A stretch of 64,000 nucleotides of DNA from an uncultured bacterium (GTDB lineage Bacteria > Hydrothermota > UBA3073 > NMUJ01 > CBEVQO01). The stretch lies in assembly GCA_965552055.1 (NCBI GenBank), contig CBEVQO010000003.1, positions 206,381-270,380 of the forward strand, read 5' to 3'. A program made the translations under genes and the position numbers. Below are positions 20,491-29,707 of the stretch, in pieces. The notes under the pieces were generated by a model. That model saw only the letters and a list, made by a program, of their open reading frames with translations. It ran no database searches and had not been told where the DNA came from. Numbering within the stretch: position 1 is the stretch's first letter; the number at the start of each line of letters is the position of its first letter.

Positions 20491-23004
20491 ATGATGTGGT
20501 TTTTATTAATGGTATTAAATATGAAGGGGTTATTTGGAGACTTTTATCTTACGAATTCTGGTGCTGGTAAGAGTGCTGGTGCAGGGCTTTTTATTGCGTT
20601 AGGCGGGCATTACGGAAGATACTGGCATCCCTATGCTTATGGTAAACAGAGCTGCGGTATTGGGGATTTGCTTTATGGTGTAAATCTTACTCCTGTTAGA
20701 TTTCTGGAGATGGGTGTATCAGGTGGATACTTTTTTGAAGGAGCTTATGCTGACTCTCCGGATGTAAAGGGCAGGAATATCGGGAGTTATGGTTTGAGCG
20801 ACATTTCACTGAATACTAAATTTATGATTTCTGAATTGATAAGGATGCTTTATCCTGAGTATCCCGAATATCTTATGACGATGGATTTTGGACTTGGATT
20901 GAGTTTGATTCTGCCAACAGGTGAAGAGAGAGGCGATTTAAAACAACCAGGTAGTGATACGCTACTCGGATGGGTGTTCAGAGGAGTTGAAGGAGGCTAT
21001 TTCAGATTTTACACTTCAGGAGGAATAGGTGTTGGCTTTACTGGCTTATATACTTATCGGATTCCTGCTCGTTTTCCTGTTTTTATAAATTTAAATCTCG
21101 GAGGAATATGGTATCAAAAGAGTGTTTCGCGATATATTATGGGGATAAGTGTGATGCCGAGATTTACTTCTGTTTATCCTTACCTGTCTCTCCTTATTGA
21201 TGGGAGGTTGAATTCACAATTAAATGACGGTGGCGGTAAATTATCACTCGGTTTACACTATGAACCTGTGAGTAACACTTTCTTTTACTTAAATTTTGAT
21301 TTGAGATTATGGGGACCCCCTGAATGGGATGTTGTGGATAGGGCTCTGCATATTCAGCGTTCATGGGCTAATAATCCTTCGTGGAAAGTATATGTGGGTT
21401 TCGCTCAGGAATTTGTATTTAAAAAACCAAAATATAAAGGAATATTATCCGGCACACTGGAAGATAGGGAAACAGGTTTAGCGATAATGGGTGTAATAAG
21501 GATAGAAGAACTTGATACTGCAATAGCGACTAAACAGGTTGAGACTGCACTTGGTGGTGTTGCAAGTGTATTTGAAATAAGGTTACCCGCTCCTCAGAAA
21601 TATACTTTGAGAGCAGAGAGGGAAGGCTACATTCCAAAGGATACGGTTGTGCTTGTGATGCCCGGGAAAAGAACAGATATAAGAATAACTTTAAAGAAGA
21701 AAAAGATAAAAGCAGGTTTAATCGTAGGCAGGGTAATTGATAAGGAAACAGGCACTCCACTGACAGCTGTTATAAAATTTGTTGGAAAAGATATACCTCC
21801 TGTAAAAAGTGATGCTCGTAAGGGTGGACAATTTAAAATCAGGTTGCCTTATGGAGTATATGCGATAAGAGTTGAGAAAACAGGATATGTTCCATACACA
21901 GAAGTTGTAAATTTAAGGGAGAAAGCTTACACTTTAAATGTTGAGCTTGTTAAGAAAGAGAGAGGAATTGTGTTGAGGGGCACTGTGCTGGATGAAAAGA
22001 CAGGAGAACCTGTCGAAGCGAAGGTTGAGATTGTAGGAGTAGAGGTAGCTCCTGTTACCGCTTATAATGGCAAATATGAAATTGTGTTGCCCAAAAAGGG
22101 TTCTTACATTATAAGAGCAGAGCATAAAGATTATTTGCCTTTCAGTGGACTTGTTGCCTGTTTTTCTCCTGTTACCGAATATCAGATAAAACTTGTTCCC
22201 AAACCAAAAGAAGCAATATTGATGGGTTGTGTAAGGGATAGAGAAACAGGTGAGCCCATAAGCGGGGCGAAAATCAAGCTGGCAGAAACAGGAATAATAA
22301 TTGGTGAGACAGATTCCCTTGGAGTTTATAAAGTGAAACTTCTACCCGAAAGATACATTTTAAGGGTCGAAAAAGAAGGTTATATTCCTGCAATAAAGCC
22401 CGTTGTAATTCCGGGAAGAGAAGGAGCTGTATGTGATATCGAACTTTATCCCGCTAAAGTAGAGAAAAGCAGTATAGAAGGCATGGTGATAGATTACTTT
22501 GATAAAACTCCGGTAAAAGCAAAGATAACTTTCCCCAGTACCCGGGGCAAACCTTCTATCTCCTGTGATGCCGATGGTAAATTTAAAATTATACTACCTG
22601 TTGGTGAACATATAGCGAAAATAACTGCTTACGGTTATGTGACACAGCTGTCAAAAGTTACATGTGAGGCAGGGGTTACAAAGAAATATAAGTTTAAGCT
22701 CATACGGGAAGGTAAACCTTTGAAATTTGGCAAAATTAAATTTAAAGCAGATGGAACTTTTGTAATCCCTCCATCTACATCCAGGGAGATTATTAAATTA
22801 CTAAAACTTCACATGCGCTCAAAAGTAATTGCAAAGATGAAAATATATCTACCCGGAATAAGTGATTTAAAGAGAGGAGAAAAAATATCCGATGCTTTCA
22901 AGGATTATTTTGTTAAGAAAGGCATTCCGGAAGATTTTATAGTTGTTGAGCCAATTTTAAACGCTTCTGCTTCGAAAGTTGAGCTTGTATTTATAAGGAG
23001 GTGA
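20491..23004 (+). CDS. putative outer-membrane protein: barrel-like N-terminus + 5 carboxypeptidase-regulatory-like repeats + possible degenerate OmpA-like tail
   Basis: Five G.V.D.ETG....A...G.Y...L..G.Y.....GY repeats; aromatic/Gly-rich N-terminal ~310 aa. Confidence 0.65.
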   Translation: MMWFLLMVLNMKGLFGDFYLTNSGAGKSAGAGLFIALGGHYGRYWHPYAYGKQSCGIGDLLYGVNLTPVRFLEMGVSGGYFFEGAYADSPDVKGRNIGSYGLSDISLNTKFMISELIRMLYPEYPEYLMTMDFGLGLSLILPTGEERGDLKQPGSDTLLGWVFRGVEGGYFRFYTSGGIGVGFTGLYTYRIPARFPVFINLNLGGIWYQKSVSRYIMGISVMPRFTSVYPYLSLLIDGRLNSQLNDGGGKLSLGLHYEPVSNTFFYLNFDLRLWGPPEWDVVDRALHIQRSWANNPSWKVYVGFAQEFVFKKPKYKGILSGTLEDRETGLAIMGVIRIEELDTAIATKQVETALGGVASVFEIRLPAPQKYTLRAEREGYIPKDTVVLVMPGKRTDIRITLKKKKIKAGLIVGRVIDKETGTPLTAVIKFVGKDIPPVKSDARKGGQFKIRLPYGVYAIRVEKTGYVPYTEVVNLREKAYTLNVELVKKERGIVLRGTVLDEKTGEPVEAKVEIVGVEVAPVTAYNGKYEIVLPKKGSYIIRAEHKDYLPFSGLVACFSPVTEYQIKLVPKPKEAILMGCVRDRETGEPISGAKIKLAETGIIIGETDSLGVYKVKLLPERYILRVEKEGYIPAIKPVVIPGREGAVCDIELYPAKVEKSSIEGMVIDYFDKTPVKAKITFPSTRGKPSISCDADGKFKIILPVGEHIAKITAYGYVTQLSKVTCEAGVTKKYKFKLIREGKPLKFGKIKFKADGTFVIPPSTSREIIKLLKLHMRSKVIAKMKIYLPGISDLKRGEKISDAFKDYFVKKGIPEDFIVVEPILNASASKVELVFIRR

Positions 23005-23005
23005 A

Positions 23006-23266
23006 ATGCCAAAGACAAGGTCTGCGAAAAAGAGGTTAAGACAAAGTGAAAAAAGGAGATTAAGAAATAAGATGTATAAGACACGCATTAAGACAGCGCT
23101 TAAGAAATTGGAAGAGGGAGAAGGCGATATAAAGGAGTTGCTAAACGAAGCATATTCTGCGATTGATAAGGCAGTGAAAAAAGGAGTGATTCACAGGAAT
23201 AAAGGTGCGAGGTTAAAATCAAAAGCTGCAGAGATAGCGAACAAATGGCTACAACAGCAGACATAA
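23006..23266 (+). CDS. rpsT: 30S ribosomal protein S20
   Basis: SAKKRLRQSEKRRLRN, IDKAVKKGVIHRNK.AR.KS. Confidence 0.96.
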   Translation: MPKTRSAKKRLRQSEKRRLRNKMYKTRIKTALKKLEEGEGDIKELLNEAYSAIDKAVKKGVIHRNKGARLKSKAAEIANKWLQQQT

Positions 23267-23805
23267 AAAAAGGAATGACACTGAAATTCGATGATAAACT
23301 TTATAAAGTGCTCGATTTTACCCATGTAAAACTTGCAAGAGCAGGAGCTTTTGTCAGATTGAAGTTAAAAGATATAACATCGGGTGCCGTAATAGAAAAA
23401 ACTTTGAACGCAGGTGAAGAAATAGAACCAGTTTACATAGAATATAAAGATGCACAATATCTTTATAAAGAAGATGACATTTATCATTTTATGGATATGG
23501 AAACCTATGAACAGATAAGTATTCCGAAAGATTTGCTTGAGGATGCAATTCCCTATTTAGTTGAAAATATGGAAGTTCAAATAATGTTTGCCGAAGGCAA
23601 GCCGATAGGTGTTAAGTTGCCAACATTTTGTATTTTAAAAGTTGTGGAAACAGACCCCGGTGTTCGCGGGGATACAGTTTCCGGAGGCTCAAAGCCAGCG
23701 ATATTGGAAACAGGTTTGAGAGTAGATGTCCCTTTGTTTATTCAGGTGGGCGATAAGATAAAAGTTGATACAAGAACGGGAAAATATGTTGAAAGAGTAG
23801 AATGA
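23245..23805 (+). CDS. efp: elongation factor P
   Basis: AFVRLKLK, YEQI, TDPGVRGDT, KPA.LETG, VPLFI, VDTRTG.YVER. Confidence 0.97.
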   Translation: MATTADIKKGMTLKFDDKLYKVLDFTHVKLARAGAFVRLKLKDITSGAVIEKTLNAGEEIEPVYIEYKDAQYLYKEDDIYHFMDMETYEQISIPKDLLEDAIPYLVENMEVQIMFAEGKPIGVKLPTFCILKVVETDPGVRGDTVSGGSKPAILETGLRVDVPLFIQVGDKIKVDTRTGKYVERVE

Positions 23806-24377
23806 ATTTACTCGATATATTGATAAGAGGAGGAATTTTGATGATACCCATAGGAATAGCTTCTATCATTGGCATCGCAATAATCATCACTAAATTCATA
23901 ATGCTGAAAGAATGTAATATTGAACCTGAAATTATGAATCAAATAGAGCAGAAGATAAGAAAAGGAGATAAGGAGGGATTACTTGAATTAGCAAAAATTT
24001 ATGGCAATGAGAAAGTATCGAGATTGGTAGAGACGGGCATACTTTATGGGAAAGATGCTTTGAAAGTTGCGATAACAGATGAGATAACTTATGCTAATAA
24101 ATACATGGGAGGACTTGCTACTATTATAGGTATTGCACCTTTGCTTGGCTTCCTTGGTACTGTAACAGGCATGATAAGAGCATTTATGAGGGTTCAGGAA
24201 TTAGGAGGTAATGTAAATGCATCTGTACTTGCAGGAGGCATCTGGGAGGCGCTTGTAACAACGGCAGCAGGTCTGGCTGTCGCAATAATAATGTATATCT
24301 TCTACAATTACTTTGTTGGCAGAATTAGAAACTATTCACAAAGACTAAAAACCTTAGAAGAACTCCTCACAAAATAA
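23802..24377 (+). CDS. exbB: MotA/TolQ/ExbB proton channel
   Basis: APLLGFLGTVTGMI, GI.EALVTTAAGL. Confidence 0.85.
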   Translation: MNLLDILIRGGILMIPIGIASIIGIAIIITKFIMLKECNIEPEIMNQIEQKIRKGDKEGLLELAKIYGNEKVSRLVETGILYGKDALKVAITDEITYANKYMGGLATIIGIAPLLGFLGTVTGMIRAFMRVQELGGNVNASVLAGGIWEALVTTAAGLAVAIIMYIFYNYFVGRIRNYSQRLKTLEELLTK

Positions 24378-24769
24378 TGGAAGAAAGAGAATATATGACA
24401 CATATAAATCCGATTTCGATTGCAGATGTTATTTTGCTTTTGATAATTTTCTTTTTGCTTACATCTACTTATGTTATGGAACCCGGGATAAGGGTAAAAT
24501 TACCTGTAGCAAAAACTGCAGAAGTGGTATCAGAAAAAAATATAATTATTAGCTTGACAATTGATGGAAAAGTATTTATAAATAATAAGGAGGTGAGTTT
24601 GGAAGAATTTGATATAATATTGGGTGATTTGTTAAAGAGTTCAAAGAATAAGGTGGTAATAATAAGGTCAGATAAAAGGTTACCTGTTAGTCGTTTAGTT
24701 CGCATTATGGATTTAGCGCGTTCTGCTGGTGCGGAGAAATTTTTGATAGCAACAAGGAGGTTTGAATGA
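24377..24769 (+). CDS. exbD: ExbD/TolR family protein
   Basis: DVILLLIIFFLLT, VKLP.A, IRSDK. Confidence 0.85.
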   Translation: MEEREYMTHINPISIADVILLLIIFFLLTSTYVMEPGIRVKLPVAKTAEVVSEKNIIISLTIDGKVFINNKEVSLEEFDIILGDLLKSSKNKVVIIRSDKRLPVSRLVRIMDLARSAGAEKFLIATRRFE

Positions 24770-25770
24770 GGCGTTATTCTTTAATAATTTTAGGGATTTT
24801 TTTATCGCTTAAAGCGTTTTGTGGCACAAATCAAGCGGCTGCTATATTTTTGATGATATACCCGGGTGCGAGAGCCGTTGGAATGGGTTGCTCATTTGTC
24901 GGAGTTTGTGATGATGCCGAAGCTACTTATTACAATGATGGAGGTATACCTTTCGTTGGTCATAACGATGTGCAATTTATGTATGTAAAATGGCTACCAG
25001 GTTTGTGGCACGATATGTATTACACATTCTTATCAGCTATTAAATACGATGAAGACAGGGCTATTGGCATACATTTTATTTATCTAAATACTGGTTTAAC
25101 CGAAGGATACGATGAAGAGGGCAATCCTATTGGTACATGGACTACTTTTGATTTTGCAGTTAAATTATCTTATGCAATGAGATTGAGTGAAGATGTAGGG
25201 ATAGGAGCTGGTGCGAAATTCATTTATAGTTTTTTATGCCCTGAATGGGCTCTCAAAGCGGTTAACATAGGTTTAACTCAGGGTGGCACGGGCACAGCTG
25301 CTGCCCTTGATTTCGGTTTATTCTACAAATTTAATGAATATTTTAAATATGGGATAGCTTTACAGAATGTCGGTAGCAAAATAAAATATACTGAATCGGG
25401 TGAGGGTGACCCATTGCCTACGGCATTGCGAATGGGCTTCTCTGTAATCCCATTAAAATCCGAATATTACTCACTGTTGTGGACAGTGGAATTTGTGAAA
25501 GTAGTTATTGGATTTCTGGATGAGATTAAGAACAGGGAATATAAATACATATGGGATGATACATGGAAAGGCATGGGTTTTGAATTGAATTTGTTGGGTA
25601 TGTTTGCTGCGCGTGCCGGATACTTCTGGGACACAGAAGGAGCGAGAGAGGGCTGGACATGGGGAGCGAGCGTAGGATATAAATCTCTGAGAATAGATAT
25701 CGGTGTGGATGCAGCAATATATTCGTTTAAGACAACAAATTACAGACTGGCATTAAACTACAGCTGGTAA
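24766..25770 (+). CDS. PorV/PorQ family outer-membrane beta-barrel
   Basis: FL.IYPGARAVGMG, ATYYN, KWLP; terminal aromatic residue. Confidence 0.8.
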   Translation: MRRYSLIILGIFLSLKAFCGTNQAAAIFLMIYPGARAVGMGCSFVGVCDDAEATYYNDGGIPFVGHNDVQFMYVKWLPGLWHDMYYTFLSAIKYDEDRAIGIHFIYLNTGLTEGYDEEGNPIGTWTTFDFAVKLSYAMRLSEDVGIGAGAKFIYSFLCPEWALKAVNIGLTQGGTGTAAALDFGLFYKFNEYFKYGIALQNVGSKIKYTESGEGDPLPTALRMGFSVIPLKSEYYSLLWTVEFVKVVIGFLDEIKNREYKYIWDDTWKGMGFELNLLGMFAARAGYFWDTEGAREGWTWGASVGYKSLRIDIGVDAAIYSFKTTNYRLALNYSW

Positions 25771-27605
25771 TGAAGAAAACCCATAGATTTTTGTCCCTTT
25801 TTTTTATAGATATAATATTAATCTGGTTTTGCCTTCTACTTGCTTTCTACCTGCATTCCCAGCAATATCTTTTGAAAATTTCTTATCATTTTGCTATCTT
25901 CTTTATACTTGTTTTGCTTTCTAAATTACCTTTCTTCTGGCTTTTCAACCTCTATCGCATTTCTTTGATGCATGTCAGTGTTTATGATGTTATTTCTATA
26001 TTGAAAGCGAATACAGCAGGTTCAATTGCCTTTTTATTCGTTGTCAGTTTATGTTATTTGCTGAAGTTAGTTGAATTCATTCCTTTCAGGGTGATTTTTA
26101 TAGACTGGTGTCTCTGTCTTCTCTTTACGGGTGGTATAAGGACATTGAAGCGTGTAATTTCACTTTTGCGCTACAATTCAAATCATATGGTTAGAAAAAG
26201 GCTATTAATAATAGGGGCTGGTGATGCAGGTGAGCAAATTGTGAGAGATATAAAACGCAATCCCAAATCAGAATATTATCCCGTTGGCTTCATAGATGAT
26301 GACCCTTCCAAAAAGGGACTTGTAATCCATGATGTTAAGGTGCTGGGAGATAAAGAGAGCATACCCGATATTGTAAAAAAGCATAAAGTTGATACAATTT
26401 TAATAGCAATACCTTCTGCACCATCGGATGTTATAAGGGAATTTGTTGAGATATCGGAGCAATCAGGAGTTGAAGATGTAAAAATATTACCAAATCTTGA
26501 AGACCTCGTATCGGGCAGGGTAACGATATCAGATATAAGAGACATAAAAATAGAAGACCTTTTAGGAAGACAGCCAGTAACCATATCTACGGAAGAGGTT
26601 GAGAATTATCTTAAAGGTAAAAAAATATTGATAACAGGAGCAGGTGGTTCAATAGGCTCTGAAATTTGCAAGCAGGTAGCAAAATTTTCACCACAAAAAT
26701 TAATACTATTCGAAATAGATGAAACCGAACTTTTTTTGATAACAAATAAATTGCGAGATTCATACAGTAACATCGAAATTATACCTGTTGTCGGAGATAT
26801 AACGAATGAAGGCAAAGTGAAAAAGATATTCGAAGAATATCAGCCAGAGGTTGTATTTCATTCTGCTGCTTATAAACATGTGCCGATGATGGAAGATTAT
26901 CCTGATGAAGCTGTTAGAGTAAATGTGATTGGCACTTATTATGTTGCTAAAGCTTCCGCTGATAATAATGTAGAGAAATTCGTTCTCATATCTACAGATA
27001 AGGCAGTTCGACCTGTCAGCGTAATGGGTGCTACCAAGAGGCTTGCAGAGGAGATAATAAGATACATGGCAAAGAATAACGAAACACATTTTGTAGCCGT
27101 GAGATTCGGAAATGTGCTCGGTAGCAGAGGAAGTGTGATACAAACCTTTAAAGAGCAAATTGCACAGAGGCGTCCAATAACCGTTACTCACCCCTTAATG
27201 GAGAGATATTTTATGACAGTCGAAGAAGCTGTCTCCCTGGTTCTGCAGGCAGGTGCAATCGGTAAAAACGGCGAAATACTGTTCCTTGATATGGGAAAAC
27301 CAGTAAGCATAGCGAAACTTGCTCAACATATGATAAAACTATCAGGATTAACACCGGGTAAAGATGTGGAAATAATTTACACCGGAAAAAGACCGGGAGA
27401 AAAATTGACAGAAGAACTTCTGCAACCCGAAGAAGGAGCGCTCCCAACATCGCACGAGAAAATTTTCGCTGTAAAATCAACAACAGAGCCAAAATTTAAT
27501 CCTTCGATTATTAAACATTTGAAGGAATTAGTAGAAAAAGGTCAAAAAGAAGAAATAATAGAAACCTTAAAAAAACTTGTCCCATCTTATAATCCATCGA
27601 GATAA
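25770..27605 (+). CDS. CapD/PglF-like nucleoside-diphosphate sugar dehydratase
   Basis: TM N-terminus, GAGDAG, EDLLGR, GAGGSIGSE, AAYKHVP, STDKAV, RPGEKL. Confidence 0.93.
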   Translation: MKKTHRFLSLFFIDIILIWFCLLLAFYLHSQQYLLKISYHFAIFFILVLLSKLPFFWLFNLYRISLMHVSVYDVISILKANTAGSIAFLFVVSLCYLLKLVEFIPFRVIFIDWCLCLLFTGGIRTLKRVISLLRYNSNHMVRKRLLIIGAGDAGEQIVRDIKRNPKSEYYPVGFIDDDPSKKGLVIHDVKVLGDKESIPDIVKKHKVDTILIAIPSAPSDVIREFVEISEQSGVEDVKILPNLEDLVSGRVTISDIRDIKIEDLLGRQPVTISTEEVENYLKGKKILITGAGGSIGSEICKQVAKFSPQKLILFEIDETELFLITNKLRDSYSNIEIIPVVGDITNEGKVKKIFEEYQPEVVFHSAAYKHVPMMEDYPDEAVRVNVIGTYYVAKASADNNVEKFVLISTDKAVRPVSVMGATKRLAEEIIRYMAKNNETHFVAVRFGNVLGSRGSVIQTFKEQIAQRRPITVTHPLMERYFMTVEEAVSLVLQAGAIGKNGEILFLDMGKPVSIAKLAQHMIKLSGLTPGKDVEIIYTGKRPGEKLTEELLQPEEGALPTSHEKIFAVKSTTEPKFNPSIIKHLKELVEKGQKEEIIETLKKLVPSYNPSR

Positions 27606-28321
27606 ATCTTTTTTACAATTTCATTTAAGCCTTTCAAAACAAGATGATTCGGTTTAAGTAGCAAATCCGGATTTATCCTTATGATATGAAATCCGTAATT
27701 TTTCAAAGGAGAAATACCTTCGTGCAGGACTATGATATAATCGGGTTTACGAAGGATTACTCTTTCGGGTGATACCTGGAAGTAATCGGAATTGACTTCT
27801 GAAAAAATATTTTCACAATTTATGATATCACAGAGTCCTGTTAAAAAACTCTTCCTGCCTGCGGTGATTAAAGGCTCTGACCATATTTCGAAGAAAATCT
27901 TTTTCCTTTTAAATCTTTTACAAAATTTCCTGATTTTCTTGGCTTCTTTTGATAGGGAATCGCAAACAAACTTTGCCCTATCTTCTGTTCCAACGATTTT
28001 ACCAATTTTCTCGATGTTTTTCAGTATTTCGTTGAAATTTTCGGGATAATATATGTAAACCTTGAAACCCATTTTCCTGAGTTCATAAGCGATGTTCTCC
28101 TGAATACCGCCTGCTGTAAAGATTAAATCCGGGCGAAGTGATACTATTTTCTCAATGTTGGGGAATGCGAAATTACCACAAATCACTATTTTGTTATAAA
28201 GCACACTGTCAACAGGAAGAACAGCACCACAGATGCTATCTTCTGCACCGAGAAGCAAAAGAAGCTGGGTAACAGCGGGATTCAATGAAACTATTCTTAA
28301 AGAAAGTAAAAATAAAATCAT
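27587..28321 (-). CDS. helical-backbone ABC substrate-binding protein (BtuF-like)
   Basis: RIVSLNPA, PNIEKIVSLRPDL, ITAG..SF, VSPE.V. Confidence 0.8.
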   Translation of the reverse strand: MILFLLSLRIVSLNPAVTQLLLLLGAEDSICGAVLPVDSVLYNKIVICGNFAFPNIEKIVSLRPDLIFTAGGIQENIAYELRKMGFKVYIYYPENFNEILKNIEKIGKIVGTEDRAKFVCDSLSKEAKKIRKFCKRFKRKKIFFEIWSEPLITAGRKSFLTGLCDIINCENIFSEVNSDYFQVSPERVILRKPDYIIVLHEGISPLKNYGFHIIRINPDLLLKPNHLVLKGLNEIVKKIYLDGL

Positions 28322-29238
28322 CGGTAGATGAAATAAATGTAAGAGAAATAAATCAAAAGCAGGAGAATACCCTTAATTTTCCACCTTTTCCCGTAAGTAA
28401 ACGCATAAATAAGTAGCGCTAAAGACAATGAAAGAGGGATATCTAACTGAATAAAACCATGATAAATGGGTAATGCTTTTATCAGAGTTACTATTCCGAA
28501 GATGACAGTTATGTCGATGAAATTTGAACCTAATATGCTTCCTATTGATAGCTCTATGTGTCCTTTTTTAGCGGCAGAAATGGCAGTTGACATCTCTGGC
28601 AAAGAGGTAGATAAAGAAATTAAAGAAAGTCCAATTACAGATTCTCGTAAGCCAAGGCAGTCAGAGATTATAACGCCGCCCTTAAGAGCAAGATGACTGC
28701 CAAGAATCACTCCTCCGCCACCCACTATTAAACCAAAAATTACCTTTAAAGGATTAAAAGGGATATCCTTTATTTCAAAAAGTAAATATGCTTTTCTTAT
28801 GCTGTAAAACATGAAAAGTCCAAAGAGAAAGAGAAAAATTATTCCCAGAAGAAAGTTTAATTCTTTAAAAGAGATAGCAAAAGGTAATAGTATCAATGTA
28901 GCAACTATCAGGAATATTTCTTTTATCAAATAAATCCCTTTTCCATTGATTTTTTCTTCTTTAGCAAACAAAAATCCCAATCCAAGTATTAAACTTGCAT
29001 TACAGATGCAAGAGCCAATAACATTGCTTATTGATATATCTGTATGTTTTTTAACTGCAGCCATTATTGAGACACATAATTCAGGTGAAGATGTTATAAA
29101 GCTCACTAGAGTTGTGCCAATTAAAATTTTGGGTATGTTGAATCTCTCTGCGATTGCAACAGAAGAATCCACAAAGATATCCGTGCAGAAAAATAATAAA
29201 AAGAAGCCAGCGAGGAAAATCATCAATCCAAAAATCAT
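28318..29238 (-). CDS. calcium/sodium antiporter (CaCA, YrbG-like)
   Basis: Two alpha repeats TSSPE / TSLPE, NVIGS / GSNF; start placed 35 nt from TTGACA at 29273. Confidence 0.85.
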   Translation of the reverse strand: MIFGLMIFLAGFFLLFFCTDIFVDSSVAIAERFNIPKILIGTTLVSFITSSPELCVSIMAAVKKHTDISISNVIGSCICNASLILGLGFLFAKEEKINGKGIYLIKEIFLIVATLILLPFAISFKELNFLLGIIFLFLFGLFMFYSIRKAYLLFEIKDIPFNPLKVIFGLIVGGGGVILGSHLALKGGVIISDCLGLRESVIGLSLISLSTSLPEMSTAISAAKKGHIELSIGSILGSNFIDITVIFGIVTLIKALPIYHGFIQLDIPLSLSLALLIYAFTYGKRWKIKGILLLLIYFSYIYFIYR

Positions 29239-29284
29239 TACAAATAAATAAAATAAAAATGTCAATTTGTCAAGTGAAAAATAC

Positions 29285-29312
29285 TTGACATCTGCCGATA
29301 ATTTATTAAAAT
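29285..29312 (+). promoter_or_regulatory. sigma70-type promoter of CheY/REC/CheX operon
   Basis: TTGACA-16bp-TAAAAT followed by AAGGAGG. Confidence 0.55.
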
Positions 29313-29329
29313 AAAATAAGGAGGGTGAG

Positions 29330-29704
29330 ATTAAGGTGCTGGTCGTTGATGATTCTGCTGTGATGCGTAAAATAATAAGCAGGAGCTACAGGGAAGCCGG
29401 TTATTCAGGAGAAATAGTTGAAGCAGAGGATGGCAAAGATGCTCTTGAGAAATTTCAAAAAGATAAGTTCGATTTGATAATATGCGACTGGATAATGCCG
29501 AACATGTCGGGACTTGAATTTGTGAAAAGAGTAAGGGCATCGGAATTCGGAAGAAGAATACCGATTTTGATGATAACATCACAGGGTACGCTTGGTAAGA
29601 TGGAAGAAGCTTTGAAAGCAGGTGTCGATGAGTATATTGTGAAACCTTTTACATCTGCGGATTTAAAGCAAAAATTAGATAAAATTTTGAAAAAAGGAAG
29701 GTGA
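29330..29704 (+). CDS. CheY-like single-domain response regulator (start ATT 29330 or GTG 29336)
   Basis: VVDDS, ICDWIMPNMSG, MITS, YIVKPF. Confidence 0.9.
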   Translation: MKVLVVDDSAVMRKIISRSYREAGYSGEIVEAEDGKDALEKFQKDKFDLIICDWIMPNMSGLEFVKRVRASEFGRRIPILMITSQGTLGKMEEALKAGVDEYIVKPFTSADLKQKLDKILKKGR

Positions 29705-29707
29705 AAT

